Assembly (NCBI GenBank): GCA_016783555.1
Contig: JADHWH010000002.1
Coordinates: 2,037 to 66,036 of the forward strand
DNA length: 64,000 bases
Direction of reading: 5' to 3'
DNA from: Candidatus Omnitrophota bacterium
GTDB lineage: Bacteria > Omnitrophota > Gorgyraeia > JABMRJ01
A program made the position numbers and the translations under genes. Positions within the stretch are counted from its first letter, which is position 1. Each line of letters opens with the position of its first letter. This document shows positions 27,709 through 37,620 of the stretch, in pieces. Under the pieces are notes generated by a model. It worked only from the letters and a program-made list of their open reading frames with translations. It did no database searches and was not told the DNA's origin.

Positions 27709-28461
27709 ATGCCCAGAATAGAAGCGATAAACATATTATTTAAAAGGACGAAACTTTTCATCCAGGATCCCCGTAAATTCATTCAGGATGCCCGCAGATT
27801 CCTGCGCCCTGTGCCCGGAGAATACAGGAAGTGGTCCAGCATGAGTTTGAAGGATTGGCTTTTATATCACCAAAAGGAGATAGTCTTTGATAAGTGTCAC
27901 TGGATGGGCAAACGCGCATTCAAGAACCCATTCGACGCGTGGATATATCAGGAGATAATCTATGAGGTCAAACCCGATCTTATAATAGAGATAGGGAGCG
28001 CAGAAGGCGGAAGCACGCTCTATTTTGCCCATCTCCTTGATATAATCGGAAAAGGAAAGATAGTCTCAATTGATATCGAGAGGTCAAAATTTAATGTAAG
28101 GCATAGAAGGATTGATGTGATTACAGGCGACAGCTCAAGCCCTGAAACAGTTGCCAAGGTATCTAGGCTATGCCGGGGTAGATCCGTTATGGTAATACAT
28201 GACGGCGACCATTCGAAGGGCCAGGTTCTTAAAGACCTGAAGGCCTATTCGAATTTTGTAAGCATGGGAAGTTATCTTATTGTAGAGGATGGTATAATAG
28301 ACCTGTTTAAACCGGGCGACGGCATAGGGACATATGTAGACGGGCCGTATAATGCGGTAAATGACTTCCTGGAAGATCACCCGAATTTTATAGTGGATAA
28401 AGAACGGGAACGTTATATAATGACATATAATCCAAGAGGTTTTCTAAAGAGGATTAAATAA
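27709..28461 (+). CDS. CmcI/cephalosporin hydroxylase family methyltransferase
   Basis: KNPFD.WIYQEII, KPDLIIEIG...GGS, DGDHS, TYNP.GFL. Confidence 0.88.
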   Translation: MPRIEAINILFKRTKLFIQDPRKFIQDARRFLRPVPGEYRKWSSMSLKDWLLYHQKEIVFDKCHWMGKRAFKNPFDAWIYQEIIYEVKPDLIIEIGSAEGGSTLYFAHLLDIIGKGKIVSIDIERSKFNVRHRRIDVITGDSSSPETVAKVSRLCRGRSVMVIHDGDHSKGQVLKDLKAYSNFVSMGSYLIVEDGIIDLFKPGDGIGTYVDGPYNAVNDFLEDHPNFIVDKERERYIMTYNPRGFLKRIK

Positions 28462-28462
28462 A

Positions 28463-28957
28463 GTGGAGACGTTCGATTCCATAGAAAGAAGAGCAAGTGT
28501 AAGGGGGTATCAGTCCAAGGCTGTTTCAAAAGAGCTGTTGGAAAGAGTTGTCGACGCCGGAAGGCGGGCGCCTACCGCAAGGGGAGAGGAACCCTGGGAA
28601 TTTGTGGTCATTGTAAATAAGGAGACCCTAAAAGAGCTTGGCGGAATAGCAAACTCCGGCAGCTTTATTAAGGATGCGGCCGCATGCATAGCAATATTCT
28701 GCAGGGATACCAAATATTATCTCGAAGACGGCTGCGCCGCTACCGAAAATATCCTCATTGCCGCTCAAGACCTGGGTTTGGGGGCATGCTGGGTAGCCGG
28801 TGATAAGAAGCCCTACATAGGTGAAGTTTCCAGGCTCTTGGCGGCTCCTCAAGGCTCAAGATTAATAAGTCTAATCTCACTGGGCTGGCCGGCGGAGAAG
28901 ATCAAACAGAATAAGACCCGGCAGTTAAGAGACGTTCTTCACTGGGAAAGATTTTGA
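28463..28957 (+). CDS. nitroreductase family protein
   Basis: RASVR, APTA...PWEF, GLGACW. Confidence 0.9.
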   Translation: METFDSIERRASVRGYQSKAVSKELLERVVDAGRRAPTARGEEPWEFVVIVNKETLKELGGIANSGSFIKDAAACIAIFCRDTKYYLEDGCAATENILIAAQDLGLGACWVAGDKKPYIGEVSRLLAAPQGSRLISLISLGWPAEKIKQNKTRQLRDVLHWERF

Positions 28958-29002
28958 CGTCTTTATCAAAAGAGAAAAGAGCGAAAAGAAAATAGGTAAC
29001 TT

Positions 29003-30052
29003 ATGAACACACGTCTACTTATAATCGGCGGTGATGAAAGGGTAGTGAATCTCCTTAAGGCACTGAGAGAGCTTAGGGGTATTAAGCTGGAGGGGCTTTG
29101 TGATAAAAGAGAGGACTCTCCCGGCATGAACTACGCCCGCAAGATAGCGCTCGATACTTATACCGACTTTAAGACGTGCATATCCGAAAAAAGACCCGAT
29201 ATTATAATCAATACGTCAGGCTGCAAAAAATTCCAAAAAGCGCTTAAGGACCTGAAAAAGAGGGATATCAAGATAATAGATTTAAAGACAGCCGGCCTCT
29301 TATTAGATATTGCCTCCGAGGAGATAAGATCAAAGAAAGAGGTCGATAAGATGAAGACGGAATTTATCTCTGCCACTTCTCACGAATTAAGGACGCCCCT
29401 GACAGCGATAAAAGAGTCGGTTATGCTTGTATTGGACGGCACCGCAGGCAAGGTATCCCCTCAGCAGATACGTTTTTTGAATATTACCAGGAAGAATATA
29501 AATAGACTGGCCGAATTAATAAATAATCTGCTCGATATATCTAAGATAGAGAGCGGCAGGCTAAAGCTCAAAAAAGAATTATGCAGCATATCCGGGCTTG
29601 TGATATACACAGTAAGATCCATGAAGCCCCTTGTCAGAGAGAATAGGCTTAAATTGAAGCTGGATATACCAAAGGCGCTGCCTAAGGTTTACTGCGATCA
29701 CGACAGAGTAGAACAAGTTCTTCTTAATTTTGTAGACAACGCTGCTAAATATACCCCGGCAGGCGGCAACATTAATATTAAGGCCTCGGAGCTCGTTGTT
29801 AAAAAGAAGAGATTCATGCAGATCTCTGTTAGGGATACCGGTATAGGCATAGCCAAGAAAGATATACCCAAGCTTTTTATCAGATTTGAACAGCTGGATA
29901 AATCTCTTACGAGAAGACCCGGCGGGGCAGGCCTCGGGCTTGCTATATGCAGAAAGCTTATCGAGATGCACGGCGGGCGTGTGTGGGTAGACTCTAGACC
30001 AGGCGGGGGTTCGATATTCAGTTTTACATTGCCGGTTGACGGCAGGAAGTGA
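29003..30052 (+). CDS. cytoplasmic histidine kinase with N-terminal Rossmann-like domain
   Basis: SHELRTPL H-box; N, G1 (DTGIG) and G2 (GAGLGL) boxes; no TM helix. Confidence 0.9.
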   Translation: MNTRLLIIGGDERVVNLLKALRELRGIKLEGLCDKREDSPGMNYARKIALDTYTDFKTCISEKRPDIIINTSGCKKFQKALKDLKKRDIKIIDLKTAGLLLDIASEEIRSKKEVDKMKTEFISATSHELRTPLTAIKESVMLVLDGTAGKVSPQQIRFLNITRKNINRLAELINNLLDISKIESGRLKLKKELCSISGLVIYTVRSMKPLVRENRLKLKLDIPKALPKVYCDHDRVEQVLLNFVDNAAKYTPAGGNINIKASELVVKKKRFMQISVRDTGIGIAKKDIPKLFIRFEQLDKSLTRRPGGAGLGLAICRKLIEMHGGRVWVDSRPGGGSIFSFTLPVDGRK

Positions 30053-30079
30053 ACCGGCATTGAAAACGAGGGGGTAGAT

Positions 30080-30484
30080 ATGGCAAAATTGAAGATCTTA
30101 TTGATAGATGACGAAAAAGATTTTCTCGAGCTTATGGGCAGGGTTATAAAGATGTGGGGCTATGATCTGATTACGGCCTTAAACGGAAAGGACGGAATAG
30201 ACGCGGTGAAAAAAAAGAGCCCGGATATCATAATATTAGATTATATAATGCCGGATTTAGACGGACTCTCTACGCTCAAAAAAATAAGGAGAATCGACAG
30301 AAAGATTCCCGTTATCATGTTTACGGCGCACCCCGACGGCAAATCATTAGGTCATACGGAAAGATTAGGGGTATCTTCATATATACCCAAGATGAGCGCA
30401 TATTCCGATACTCACGCTACGCTAAAGGCGGCTATCGAGATGGCGACAAAGAAATTGGGCGATAGGGGGTTACGAGATGGATAA
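30080..30484 (+). CDS. single-domain response regulator (receiver)
   Basis: LIDDE, LDYIMP.LDG, MFTA. Confidence 0.9.
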   Translation: MAKLKILLIDDEKDFLELMGRVIKMWGYDLITALNGKDGIDAVKKKSPDIIILDYIMPDLDGLSTLKKIRRIDRKIPVIMFTAHPDGKSLGHTERLGVSSYIPKMSAYSDTHATLKAAIEMATKKLGDRGLRDG

Positions 30485-30848
30485 GAAGAGAATATTATTG
30501 GTTGATGATGAAAAAGACCTGGTTGAGACATTGACCTTCAGGCTGAAGGCAAATAATTACGAAGTAATCCCGGCCTATGACGGACAGGACGCATTCGACA
30601 AGGCGAAGAAAGAAAAACCGGATATAATAATATTGGATTTAATGCTCCCCAAGATGGACGGATATAAAGTCTGCGGCCTGCTTAAGGCTGATGCCAGATA
30701 CAGGAGTATCCCTATAGTCTTGTTTACCGCCCGCGCCCAGGATTCAGACAGGAAGATGGGTGAAGAAGTCGGCGCAGACGCGTATGTCACCAAGCCTTTT
30801 GAACCGCAGGTCTTGCTTGCAAAGATCAAAGAGTTATTAGAAAAATAA
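30477..30848 (+). CDS. single-domain response regulator (receiver)
   Basis: LVDDE, LDLMLPKMDG, FTA, KPF. Confidence 0.92.
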   Translation: MDKKRILLVDDEKDLVETLTFRLKANNYEVIPAYDGQDAFDKAKKEKPDIIILDLMLPKMDGYKVCGLLKADARYRSIPIVLFTARAQDSDRKMGEEVGADAYVTKPFEPQVLLAKIKELLEK

Positions 30849-30857
30849 GGAGATTAC

Positions 30858-32405
30858 ATGGCACGCGCTAAGGTAAAACAGAGAGGCGATGATTACCGAG
30901 AGCTTGTAGAAGGGCTTAAGAAGGCGAATGAAGAACTGAACAAAATAAATCAGATGAAATCCGATTTCATATCAGCGGTCTCTCATGAAATCCGCACGCC
31001 GTTGGCCTTGATCAAAGAGGGGGTTACGCAGGTATTAGACGGGACACTGGGGAGCCTCGCCAAAGATCAAGAGAGGTCCTTATCTATTGCGTGGGATAGT
31101 ATCGATAGGCTGTCAAAGGTGGTGGATTCTCTCTTGGATATCTCCAAGCTTGATGCGGGAAGGGTTGAGCTCAGAAGGACCCACGTAGATATGCCTGAAG
31201 TCGTAGAGGGCGTAGTCGAAGAATTCCGGCGCCTTGCCGAGAGCAAACGGATCAGTTTAAAATACAACAGGCCTGAAGAAAATTTCGAGATGTTTATAGA
31301 CGCAGAGAACATCAGGGGGGTTATTTCAAACCTTCTCTCAAACGCATTCAAGTTTACAAAAGAGGGCGGGGAGATTACAGTTGACTTGGAGGATAAAGGT
31401 AAGCATATGATTATGTCGGTAAAGGACACCGGCATCGGGATTGCGAAGGCTAATGTACCGAAGTTGTTTGATAAATATTCTCAATTCGGCCAAGCCCCCG
31501 CAGGCTACAAAGAAAAAGGCACGGGCCTGGGCCTCGCTATCGCTAAGGGGGTAGTAGAGATGCATAACGGCCGCATCTGGGCAGAATCGGCATTGGGCAA
31601 AGGAAGCACGTTTATATTTATGATTCCCAGGTTAAGCAGCGAAACCGTATTCAGGGAATATATATCTTACGGAATTAAAGAAGCCATTAATAAGGAGTCT
31701 TTCTTATCCATAGTGGTCTTGCGGCTAGAGGGCTATAAAGAACTACAGAAGAAGTTAAAGTCCGATGAGACCATAACTATATTGACCGGTCTGGAAGGAG
31801 ATGTAAGGAAGATACTCAGAAGCAATACAGACATATTCTTAAGAGACACCGGCGAATGCGTAATAGTGCTTTTCGGCACGGACAGAAGCGGGGTTATGGT
31901 CGTTAAGAACAAGGTTATAGAAGCGGCGAGAAGATATATAGACCAGGTTCAAAAAAAGCGTAAGACCATACTTAAAATCAGCATAGGGATATCCACCTAC
32001 CCCGAAGAAGCCAGGACGAGCGAAGAGATGCTCTTTAAGGCCCGTGTTAGATTAATCCCCATGTATACCGGCCCCGAGAGGAGGCAGTATTACCGTAAGA
32101 TCTGCAAGATTGACGCGAGGGCTGTTAAGGAGGAGAAAGAGCTTATGGAGCTTGAGACGGTTGATGTAAGCGAAGGGGGAGTCTGTATATTTACTGATTC
32201 GCCGGTCAAAAAAGGCTCAATGCACGAATTTATCTTTGACTTGCCGAGAGGGCTTGGAACCATAAAGACGAAGGTCAAAGCGATATGGGCAATAAAAGAA
32301 GAAGGAAGAGAGAGTTATAGAACCGGTTTTCAGTTTACTGAAGTGAGCAATGAGGATTTAAAGAAACTCAGGAGTTTTATATATTCCGGTTCCAGGGGAG
32401 AATAG
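30858..32405 (+). CDS. histidine kinase fused to a degenerate GGDEF domain and a PilZ domain
   Basis: SHEIRTPL, GTGLGL; RDTGEC and ISIGISTYP (GGDEF-like, signature lost); ERRQYYR and DVSEGG PilZ motifs. Confidence 0.85.
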   Translation: MARAKVKQRGDDYRELVEGLKKANEELNKINQMKSDFISAVSHEIRTPLALIKEGVTQVLDGTLGSLAKDQERSLSIAWDSIDRLSKVVDSLLDISKLDAGRVELRRTHVDMPEVVEGVVEEFRRLAESKRISLKYNRPEENFEMFIDAENIRGVISNLLSNAFKFTKEGGEITVDLEDKGKHMIMSVKDTGIGIAKANVPKLFDKYSQFGQAPAGYKEKGTGLGLAIAKGVVEMHNGRIWAESALGKGSTFIFMIPRLSSETVFREYISYGIKEAINKESFLSIVVLRLEGYKELQKKLKSDETITILTGLEGDVRKILRSNTDIFLRDTGECVIVLFGTDRSGVMVVKNKVIEAARRYIDQVQKKRKTILKISIGISTYPEEARTSEEMLFKARVRLIPMYTGPERRQYYRKICKIDARAVKEEKELMELETVDVSEGGVCIFTDSPVKKGSMHEFIFDLPRGLGTIKTKVKAIWAIKEEGRESYRTGFQFTEVSNEDLKKLRSFIYSGSRGE

Positions 32406-32408
32406 CAT

Positions 32409-34106
32409 ATGGCGAGGAAGGTCAAGAAGGCGTTAGGCGAAAGCCTGGTAGATGCGGGGATTATAACGCGCGACCAGCTTAAAGAGGCGCAGGATGAAGA
32501 ACAGAAGACCGGCCAGCGCCTGCGCACGGTTTTAGTGAAGACGGGGTTAATCGCGGAAGAAGACCTTGTGGCGTTCTTAAGCGATAAATTAGGCGTGCCG
32601 AGAATCGAACTGGGCAACTATTTAATAGACTCAAAGATAGTGGAATTAATACCGGAGGAACTCGCAAGAAAGCACGGACTTATCCCGGTATTAAAGATAG
32701 GAAACCGCCTTACCTGCGTCATGGTCGACCCCTGGAATGTATTTGCGCTCGATGAGATAAGGTTGAGGACCAATCTTATTATCGAGCCGGCGGTGGCTAC
32801 CGAGTCCGAAATCAAGAAGGCCCAGAATGAGCATTACGGCGCAAAGGGGACGATGGAGGATGTAATAAAGAGTGTCGAGAAAGAGAAAGTCGAGATAAAA
32901 GCGGGAGAGACGGATGTCAGGAGGTTAGAAGGGGTAGCTGAGGAGCCTGTTGTCGTAAGATTGGTTAATGTGATAATCATGAAGGCCGTTGGGGAAAGGG
33001 CAAGTGATATACATATTGAACCGGAAGAGACGGCGCTTAAGACGCGATTCAGGGTTGACGGCATGCTTCATGAGGTCCAGTCTCCGCCTAAGCATCTGCA
33101 GTCTGCTATAATCTCAAGGATTAAGATAATGGCAAATTTAGACATCGCCGAGAGGAGGATCCCCCAGGACGGAAGATTCGACATAAATATAGCGGGTAGA
33201 AAGATCGATGTCCGCGTATCATGTGTGCCTACCGTATACGGCGAGAATGTAGTCATGCGGCTTTTGGACGTAGCCACGACGCTTTTGACGCTTAGGGATA
33301 TAGGGTTTTCCAAAGAGATTCTCCTTGAATATCAGAAGCTCATTTCGCGGCCGCACGGCATAATATTGGTTACAGGCCCTACCGGCAGCGGAAAGACAAC
33401 TACGCTCTATGCGTCTTTAGACAAGATAAACACCGTTGAGAAAAATATAATCACTATTGAAGATCCCGTTGAATATAAACTCGCGGGCATAAGGCAGATT
33501 CAGGTAAATGAGAAAGTGAATCTTACCTTCGCCAATGGGCTGAGGTCCATATTGAGACAGGATCCGGATATAATAATGATAGGCGAGATAAGAGACTATG
33601 ATGCCGCTGAGATCGCAATCCACGCCGCTCTTACCGGCCATCTTGTCTTTTCCACGCTCCATACTAACGACGCGCCGGGCGCCGTAACGAGATTGCTGGA
33701 TATAGGCCTGGAGCCGTTTTTAGTCTCCTCTTCTATAATAGGCATCCTGGCCCAGAGGCTTATAAGGACAGTCTGCAAGGATTGCAAAGAGGAATATACG
33801 CCTACCGAAGAAGAGTTGAGAGATATCGGGTTATTAGAAAGAAGCCAGAAAAAAATAAAATTCTATAGGGGCAAGGGGTGTCAGAAGTGTATGAATACAG
33901 GCTACAAGGGCAGAATAGGGATCTTTGAGCTGATGCCTATTACCGATAAGATTCGAAATCTAATCGTTGCCAAGGCCCCCGTAGAAGATATAAGAAGAGA
34001 GGCGCTTTCGTTGAAAATGGTTACATTGACAGCGAACGGCATAGATAAGATTGTGGAAGGCCTTACCACAGCGGAAGAGGTGCTGCGGGTGACTCAGGAG
34101 GAGTAA
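32409..34106 (+). CDS. pilB: type IV pilus/T2SS assembly ATPase (PilB/GspE) with MshEN-like N-terminus
   Basis: ASDIHIEP, GPTGSGKTT, LRQDPD, TGHLVFSTLHTN, two CxxC. Confidence 0.9.
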   Translation: MARKVKKALGESLVDAGIITRDQLKEAQDEEQKTGQRLRTVLVKTGLIAEEDLVAFLSDKLGVPRIELGNYLIDSKIVELIPEELARKHGLIPVLKIGNRLTCVMVDPWNVFALDEIRLRTNLIIEPAVATESEIKKAQNEHYGAKGTMEDVIKSVEKEKVEIKAGETDVRRLEGVAEEPVVVRLVNVIIMKAVGERASDIHIEPEETALKTRFRVDGMLHEVQSPPKHLQSAIISRIKIMANLDIAERRIPQDGRFDINIAGRKIDVRVSCVPTVYGENVVMRLLDVATTLLTLRDIGFSKEILLEYQKLISRPHGIILVTGPTGSGKTTTLYASLDKINTVEKNIITIEDPVEYKLAGIRQIQVNEKVNLTFANGLRSILRQDPDIIMIGEIRDYDAAEIAIHAALTGHLVFSTLHTNDAPGAVTRLLDIGLEPFLVSSSIIGILAQRLIRTVCKDCKEEYTPTEEELRDIGLLERSQKKIKFYRGKGCQKCMNTGYKGRIGIFELMPITDKIRNLIVAKAPVEDIRREALSLKMVTLTANGIDKIVEGLTTAEEVLRVTQEE

Positions 34107-35320
34107 TGAGCAGATTTGCCTACAGGGCGCGTGATACTATGGGAAAACCCGTCAAGGGCTCGATAGAAGCAGATACAAAGACAGAAGTCATAGACAGGCT
34201 TAATAAGATGAACTATATGGCGACGTATGTTGGTGAAATCAGACCCAGCACGAAGTTAGAATCGATGCTCCAGGGGTTAAAGAGGGTTAGAAGTGATGAC
34301 ATGCTGCTGTTTTTTATTCAATTCTCCAACATGATAAATGCGGGTATACCCATTCTTACGTGCCTTCACACGCTCGAGGCGCAGATAGAGAATGTAGTCT
34401 TAAAGAAGACCGTGCGCGGCGTGGCAAATAACGTTGAAGGCGGGGATAGTCTTTCTCAGGCATTTGCGGGATTTCCCTTTATATTTCCCAGGCTATTTAC
34501 AAATATGATAAAGGCCGGCGAGGCAAGCGGAAAGCTCGATACTGTTTTGGCAAGATACGCCCAGTTTTTTGAACATCAGGAGGATTTAAGACAGCAGGTA
34601 AAGGGGGCGCTTATATATCCTATAATACTTTTATGCGCGGGGCTTGTCGTTATTCTTATCATAGTTACTTTTGTTATCCCTCAGTTTGCCGAGATCTACA
34701 TGAAGGCAGGCATAAGGCTGCCGATACCGACGCTGATCGTCTATAATATCGGCACAGCGATCAGGCATTATTGGTATCTCTTCGTTTTAGCTCTTCTCCT
34801 TATCTCAACCGGCATTAAATATTATTCAAGGACCAAGAGAGGCACGCTTAAATTTGATAGATTGAAATTGAAGATACCCGTCATCGGGCCGCTCAACCGC
34901 AAGGTAGCTATCGCCAGATTCTCAAGGACGCTGGCGACGCTTGTCGGAAGTGGTGTCCCTATATTGGAGTCGTTGGATATAACAAGGGGCGTTATAGAGA
35001 ATGAAATATTGGCGCGGGTTATAGATAATATGCGAGGCTGTGTCGAGAAGGGCGATAGGATGGCCGGGTCTTTAAAGATAAGCGAAGAATTTCCGTCAGA
35101 TGTGATTCAGATGATCAATGTGGGGGAAGAGACCGGAAGTCTCGATACGATGTTAAATAAGATCGCGGACTTCTATGATATGACGGTTGGATACGCTGTA
35201 AGGAGATTGACCACTCTTATCGAGCCGTTCTTTTTAGTCATAATGGGCGTTATGATAGGGTTTATAATGGCATCGATGCTTCTGCCCATTTTTGATATGA
35301 TAAAGACCTTGCGCCATTGA
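34106..35320 (+). CDS. pilC: type IV pilus/T2SS platform protein (PilC/GspF)
   Basis: AGEASG.L, ALIYP, VGEETG.L, LIEP. Confidence 0.9.
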   Translation: MSRFAYRARDTMGKPVKGSIEADTKTEVIDRLNKMNYMATYVGEIRPSTKLESMLQGLKRVRSDDMLLFFIQFSNMINAGIPILTCLHTLEAQIENVVLKKTVRGVANNVEGGDSLSQAFAGFPFIFPRLFTNMIKAGEASGKLDTVLARYAQFFEHQEDLRQQVKGALIYPIILLCAGLVVILIIVTFVIPQFAEIYMKAGIRLPIPTLIVYNIGTAIRHYWYLFVLALLLISTGIKYYSRTKRGTLKFDRLKLKIPVIGPLNRKVAIARFSRTLATLVGSGVPILESLDITRGVIENEILARVIDNMRGCVEKGDRMAGSLKISEEFPSDVIQMINVGEETGSLDTMLNKIADFYDMTVGYAVRRLTTLIEPFFLVIMGVMIGFIMASMLLPIFDMIKTLRH

Positions 35321-35340
35321 GATGGAAGAGGGGGTGAAGT

Positions 35341-35568
35341 ATGCAAGTATTTATGGAAATGTTCTTAACGGTTGCGTCTTTAATCTTTTTGCTTGTCGGC
35401 GCACTCTTTTTGCTCTCTCCACAGACCGTTGTCAAGATCTCTAATTTTTTAAATCTGACCGCATTTACCATAGATGAAAAGATGCACAGGATGCGGAGGG
35501 CGGTCGGGGCATTCTTTCTTGTCTTGAGTATTGTGTTGTGGTATATTGGTTTTCCAGGTCCGCGTTAA
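35341..35568 (+). CDS. small two-TM hypothetical membrane protein
   Basis: Two hydrophobic helices; SD GGGGG; inside the pilus operon. Confidence 0.65.
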   Translation: MQVFMEMFLTVASLIFLLVGALFLLSPQTVVKISNFLNLTAFTIDEKMHRMRRAVGAFFLVLSIVLWYIGFPGPR

Positions 35569-35610
35569 GGGAATTTATTATAAAAAAAGAGATAAAAAGG
35601 AGGATTAAGG

Positions 35611-36039
35611 ATGAAGAGAGGCTTTACGATTCTCGAACTTCTGATAGTCATAGCTGTAATATCCATCCTGGTCGGCATAGCGCTTCCGCGATTCAGGGGC
35701 ATGCAGGTGGAAGGGCTCTACGCGCAGGCAAAAGGAGAATTGCGCACACTCCAGACCGCCGTGGAGAGCTATTATATCCACAATGGCGCTTATCCTTCTA
35801 CTTTTCCCGATGATGTCGAAGGGGCAACCCCTAATATTATCGGCGCCACTGCTCCTACGGATCCATTTACCACCAGCAGTGATTATGGATATGATACCAC
35901 GGGAAATTATTACATCATATGGTCGGTAGGCCCCGGCGGCACGGCGACCATTTCCGGGATTGATACGAATGGAGCTCTTGAAGGCACAACCGGCGATGAT
36001 ATATACGCCTCTAATGCCTTTGCTACTATAGGCGGCTGA
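35611..36039 (+). CDS. major pilin/GspG-like pseudopilin
   Basis: KRG|FTILELLIV class III signal; DPF...Y.Y...WSVGPGG...DDI. Confidence 0.88.
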   Translation: MKRGFTILELLIVIAVISILVGIALPRFRGMQVEGLYAQAKGELRTLQTAVESYYIHNGAYPSTFPDDVEGATPNIIGATAPTDPFTTSSDYGYDTTGNYYIIWSVGPGGTATISGIDTNGALEGTTGDDIYASNAFATIGG

Positions 36040-36049
36040 TCGGACATAT

Positions 36050-36448
36050 ATGGGGGACTCGATTCGCGGTTTTACATTATTGGAGGTCCTTATCGCTACT
36101 GTCATTATGACGGCAGGGATGCTGGCGATAATGTGGGCCTTTAGTGCGGGGATATTCGCCATAAGCGACGTCGAGAATGTAGAAGATACCCTGAATGCCG
36201 GCCAGTTGAAGATGGAGGAGGTCTTCGCCGAACTAAAAGATATAAATTTTTCTGTGTTGACTGACCAGAATGTGCAGGATTTTGAAGATAGAAAGAGCGG
36301 CACGGTTTCGGGATACGATGTGACCGTAGACTTATATGAAGATGATCTTGATTCAGGAGATCTTATGCAGATAGATGTGAAGGTTGAATGGGATGTAAAA
36401 GGCGGAACAGCAGAACTTATCTTAACAACGTTAGCAGCCGACTATTAA
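36050..36448 (+). CDS. minor pilin (PilV/GspI-like)
   Basis: RG|FTLLEVLIA prepilin motif. Confidence 0.8.
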   Translation: MGDSIRGFTLLEVLIATVIMTAGMLAIMWAFSAGIFAISDVENVEDTLNAGQLKMEEVFAELKDINFSVLTDQNVQDFEDRKSGTVSGYDVTVDLYEDDLDSGDLMQIDVKVEWDVKGGTAELILTTLAADY

Positions 36449-37620
36449 TGAAGAAGATGCGGGGTGCGAATCACGCGTTCACAATTATAGAATTGATGAT
36501 GACGATTGTGCTCTTTGTCATTTTAACCGTAGTCTCAATCTTTCTATTCCGTACGATTTTATTAAGCTGGTCCAGCCAGGAGACCAGGGCGGGTATCGAT
36601 ATAGATATCGATTTTGCAGTGGAGAATATGGTGCGGGACCTGAGGGAGGCCCAGATAGTAGGTTTTGCCAATGCCGATGAGATAAGATTTACACAAGGCC
36701 TCAACGACGACACTAATAATTACATATATTACCTTTATGACTCCAGTGATTCCTATCCGCCCGATTTTGACCAGGATACATACCAATTAAGAAAGGCCGG
36801 CTTAACCGGCGTAAGCGGCCGGGATCTGTCAACGGGGACTTTTACCTATGGCGAGGGAGATATTATCACAACCGATGTGATATCGCCCAATGACGCGGAT
36901 GATCCATCGGATCTGTCGTTCAGGGTGCCGGAGGCGTTTTATTATGTACTCCACGCAGGCAACCTCTATACAGGCGACGATATTACTTTTCAAGGTTCCA
37001 GCGGAACGATCACCGGTGATTTAAGTGCCTCTGATAAAGTATCACAAGAAAGCGGCATGACGATAAACGGGACTATATACGAGATGGGCGACTCCAATAC
37101 GACTCTGCCTATCGTGGGACTCTCTTACTACGGGAGTATCGCTGATTATTCTTACACAACCAACCAGACATTTTCGGCAGATCCGGCGGCTGGGATACAC
37201 TACATAGACGGCAATGTCACAATAACGAGCAACGTGACTATTGACAACGCAACGATTATCGCTACGGAAGGTATTACCCTGCGGAATGCCACGGGTTTGA
37301 CCGTAAGCCCGGCATATCCTTATCCCGCCCTAGTCGCAGGGAGCAGTATTAACGCAAGCGGGGCAGAGGGCACTATAAACGGCCTGGTCTATGCTGCTGG
37401 TAACGTAGATTTAGATCAGGCGAACATTATCCTTAATGGTACGATGGTTGCGGGCGGCACCATTACTATGACCGACGGGACCTTTACGTGTACCTATGAT
37501 TCTGATATACAATCTGTCTCACCCCCATATTTTTATTACAGCACTATTACTTTAGATTTATGCGTCGAAAGCGACGACGAGAAGATAGAATCGAGCACAA
37601 AGGTAAGGCCGAGATTATGA
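36448..37620 (+). CDS. minor pilin (PilW/GspJ-like) with inserted beta-solenoid domain
   Basis: HA|FTIIELMM prepilin motif; MVRDLREA; C-terminal KVRPRL; start moved to ATG 36448. Confidence 0.75.
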   Translation: MKKMRGANHAFTIIELMMTIVLFVILTVVSIFLFRTILLSWSSQETRAGIDIDIDFAVENMVRDLREAQIVGFANADEIRFTQGLNDDTNNYIYYLYDSSDSYPPDFDQDTYQLRKAGLTGVSGRDLSTGTFTYGEGDIITTDVISPNDADDPSDLSFRVPEAFYYVLHAGNLYTGDDITFQGSSGTITGDLSASDKVSQESGMTINGTIYEMGDSNTTLPIVGLSYYGSIADYSYTTNQTFSADPAAGIHYIDGNVTITSNVTIDNATIIATEGITLRNATGLTVSPAYPYPALVAGSSINASGAEGTINGLVYAAGNVDLDQANIILNGTMVAGGTITMTDGTFTCTYDSDIQSVSPPYFYYSTITLDLCVESDDEKIESSTKVRPRL

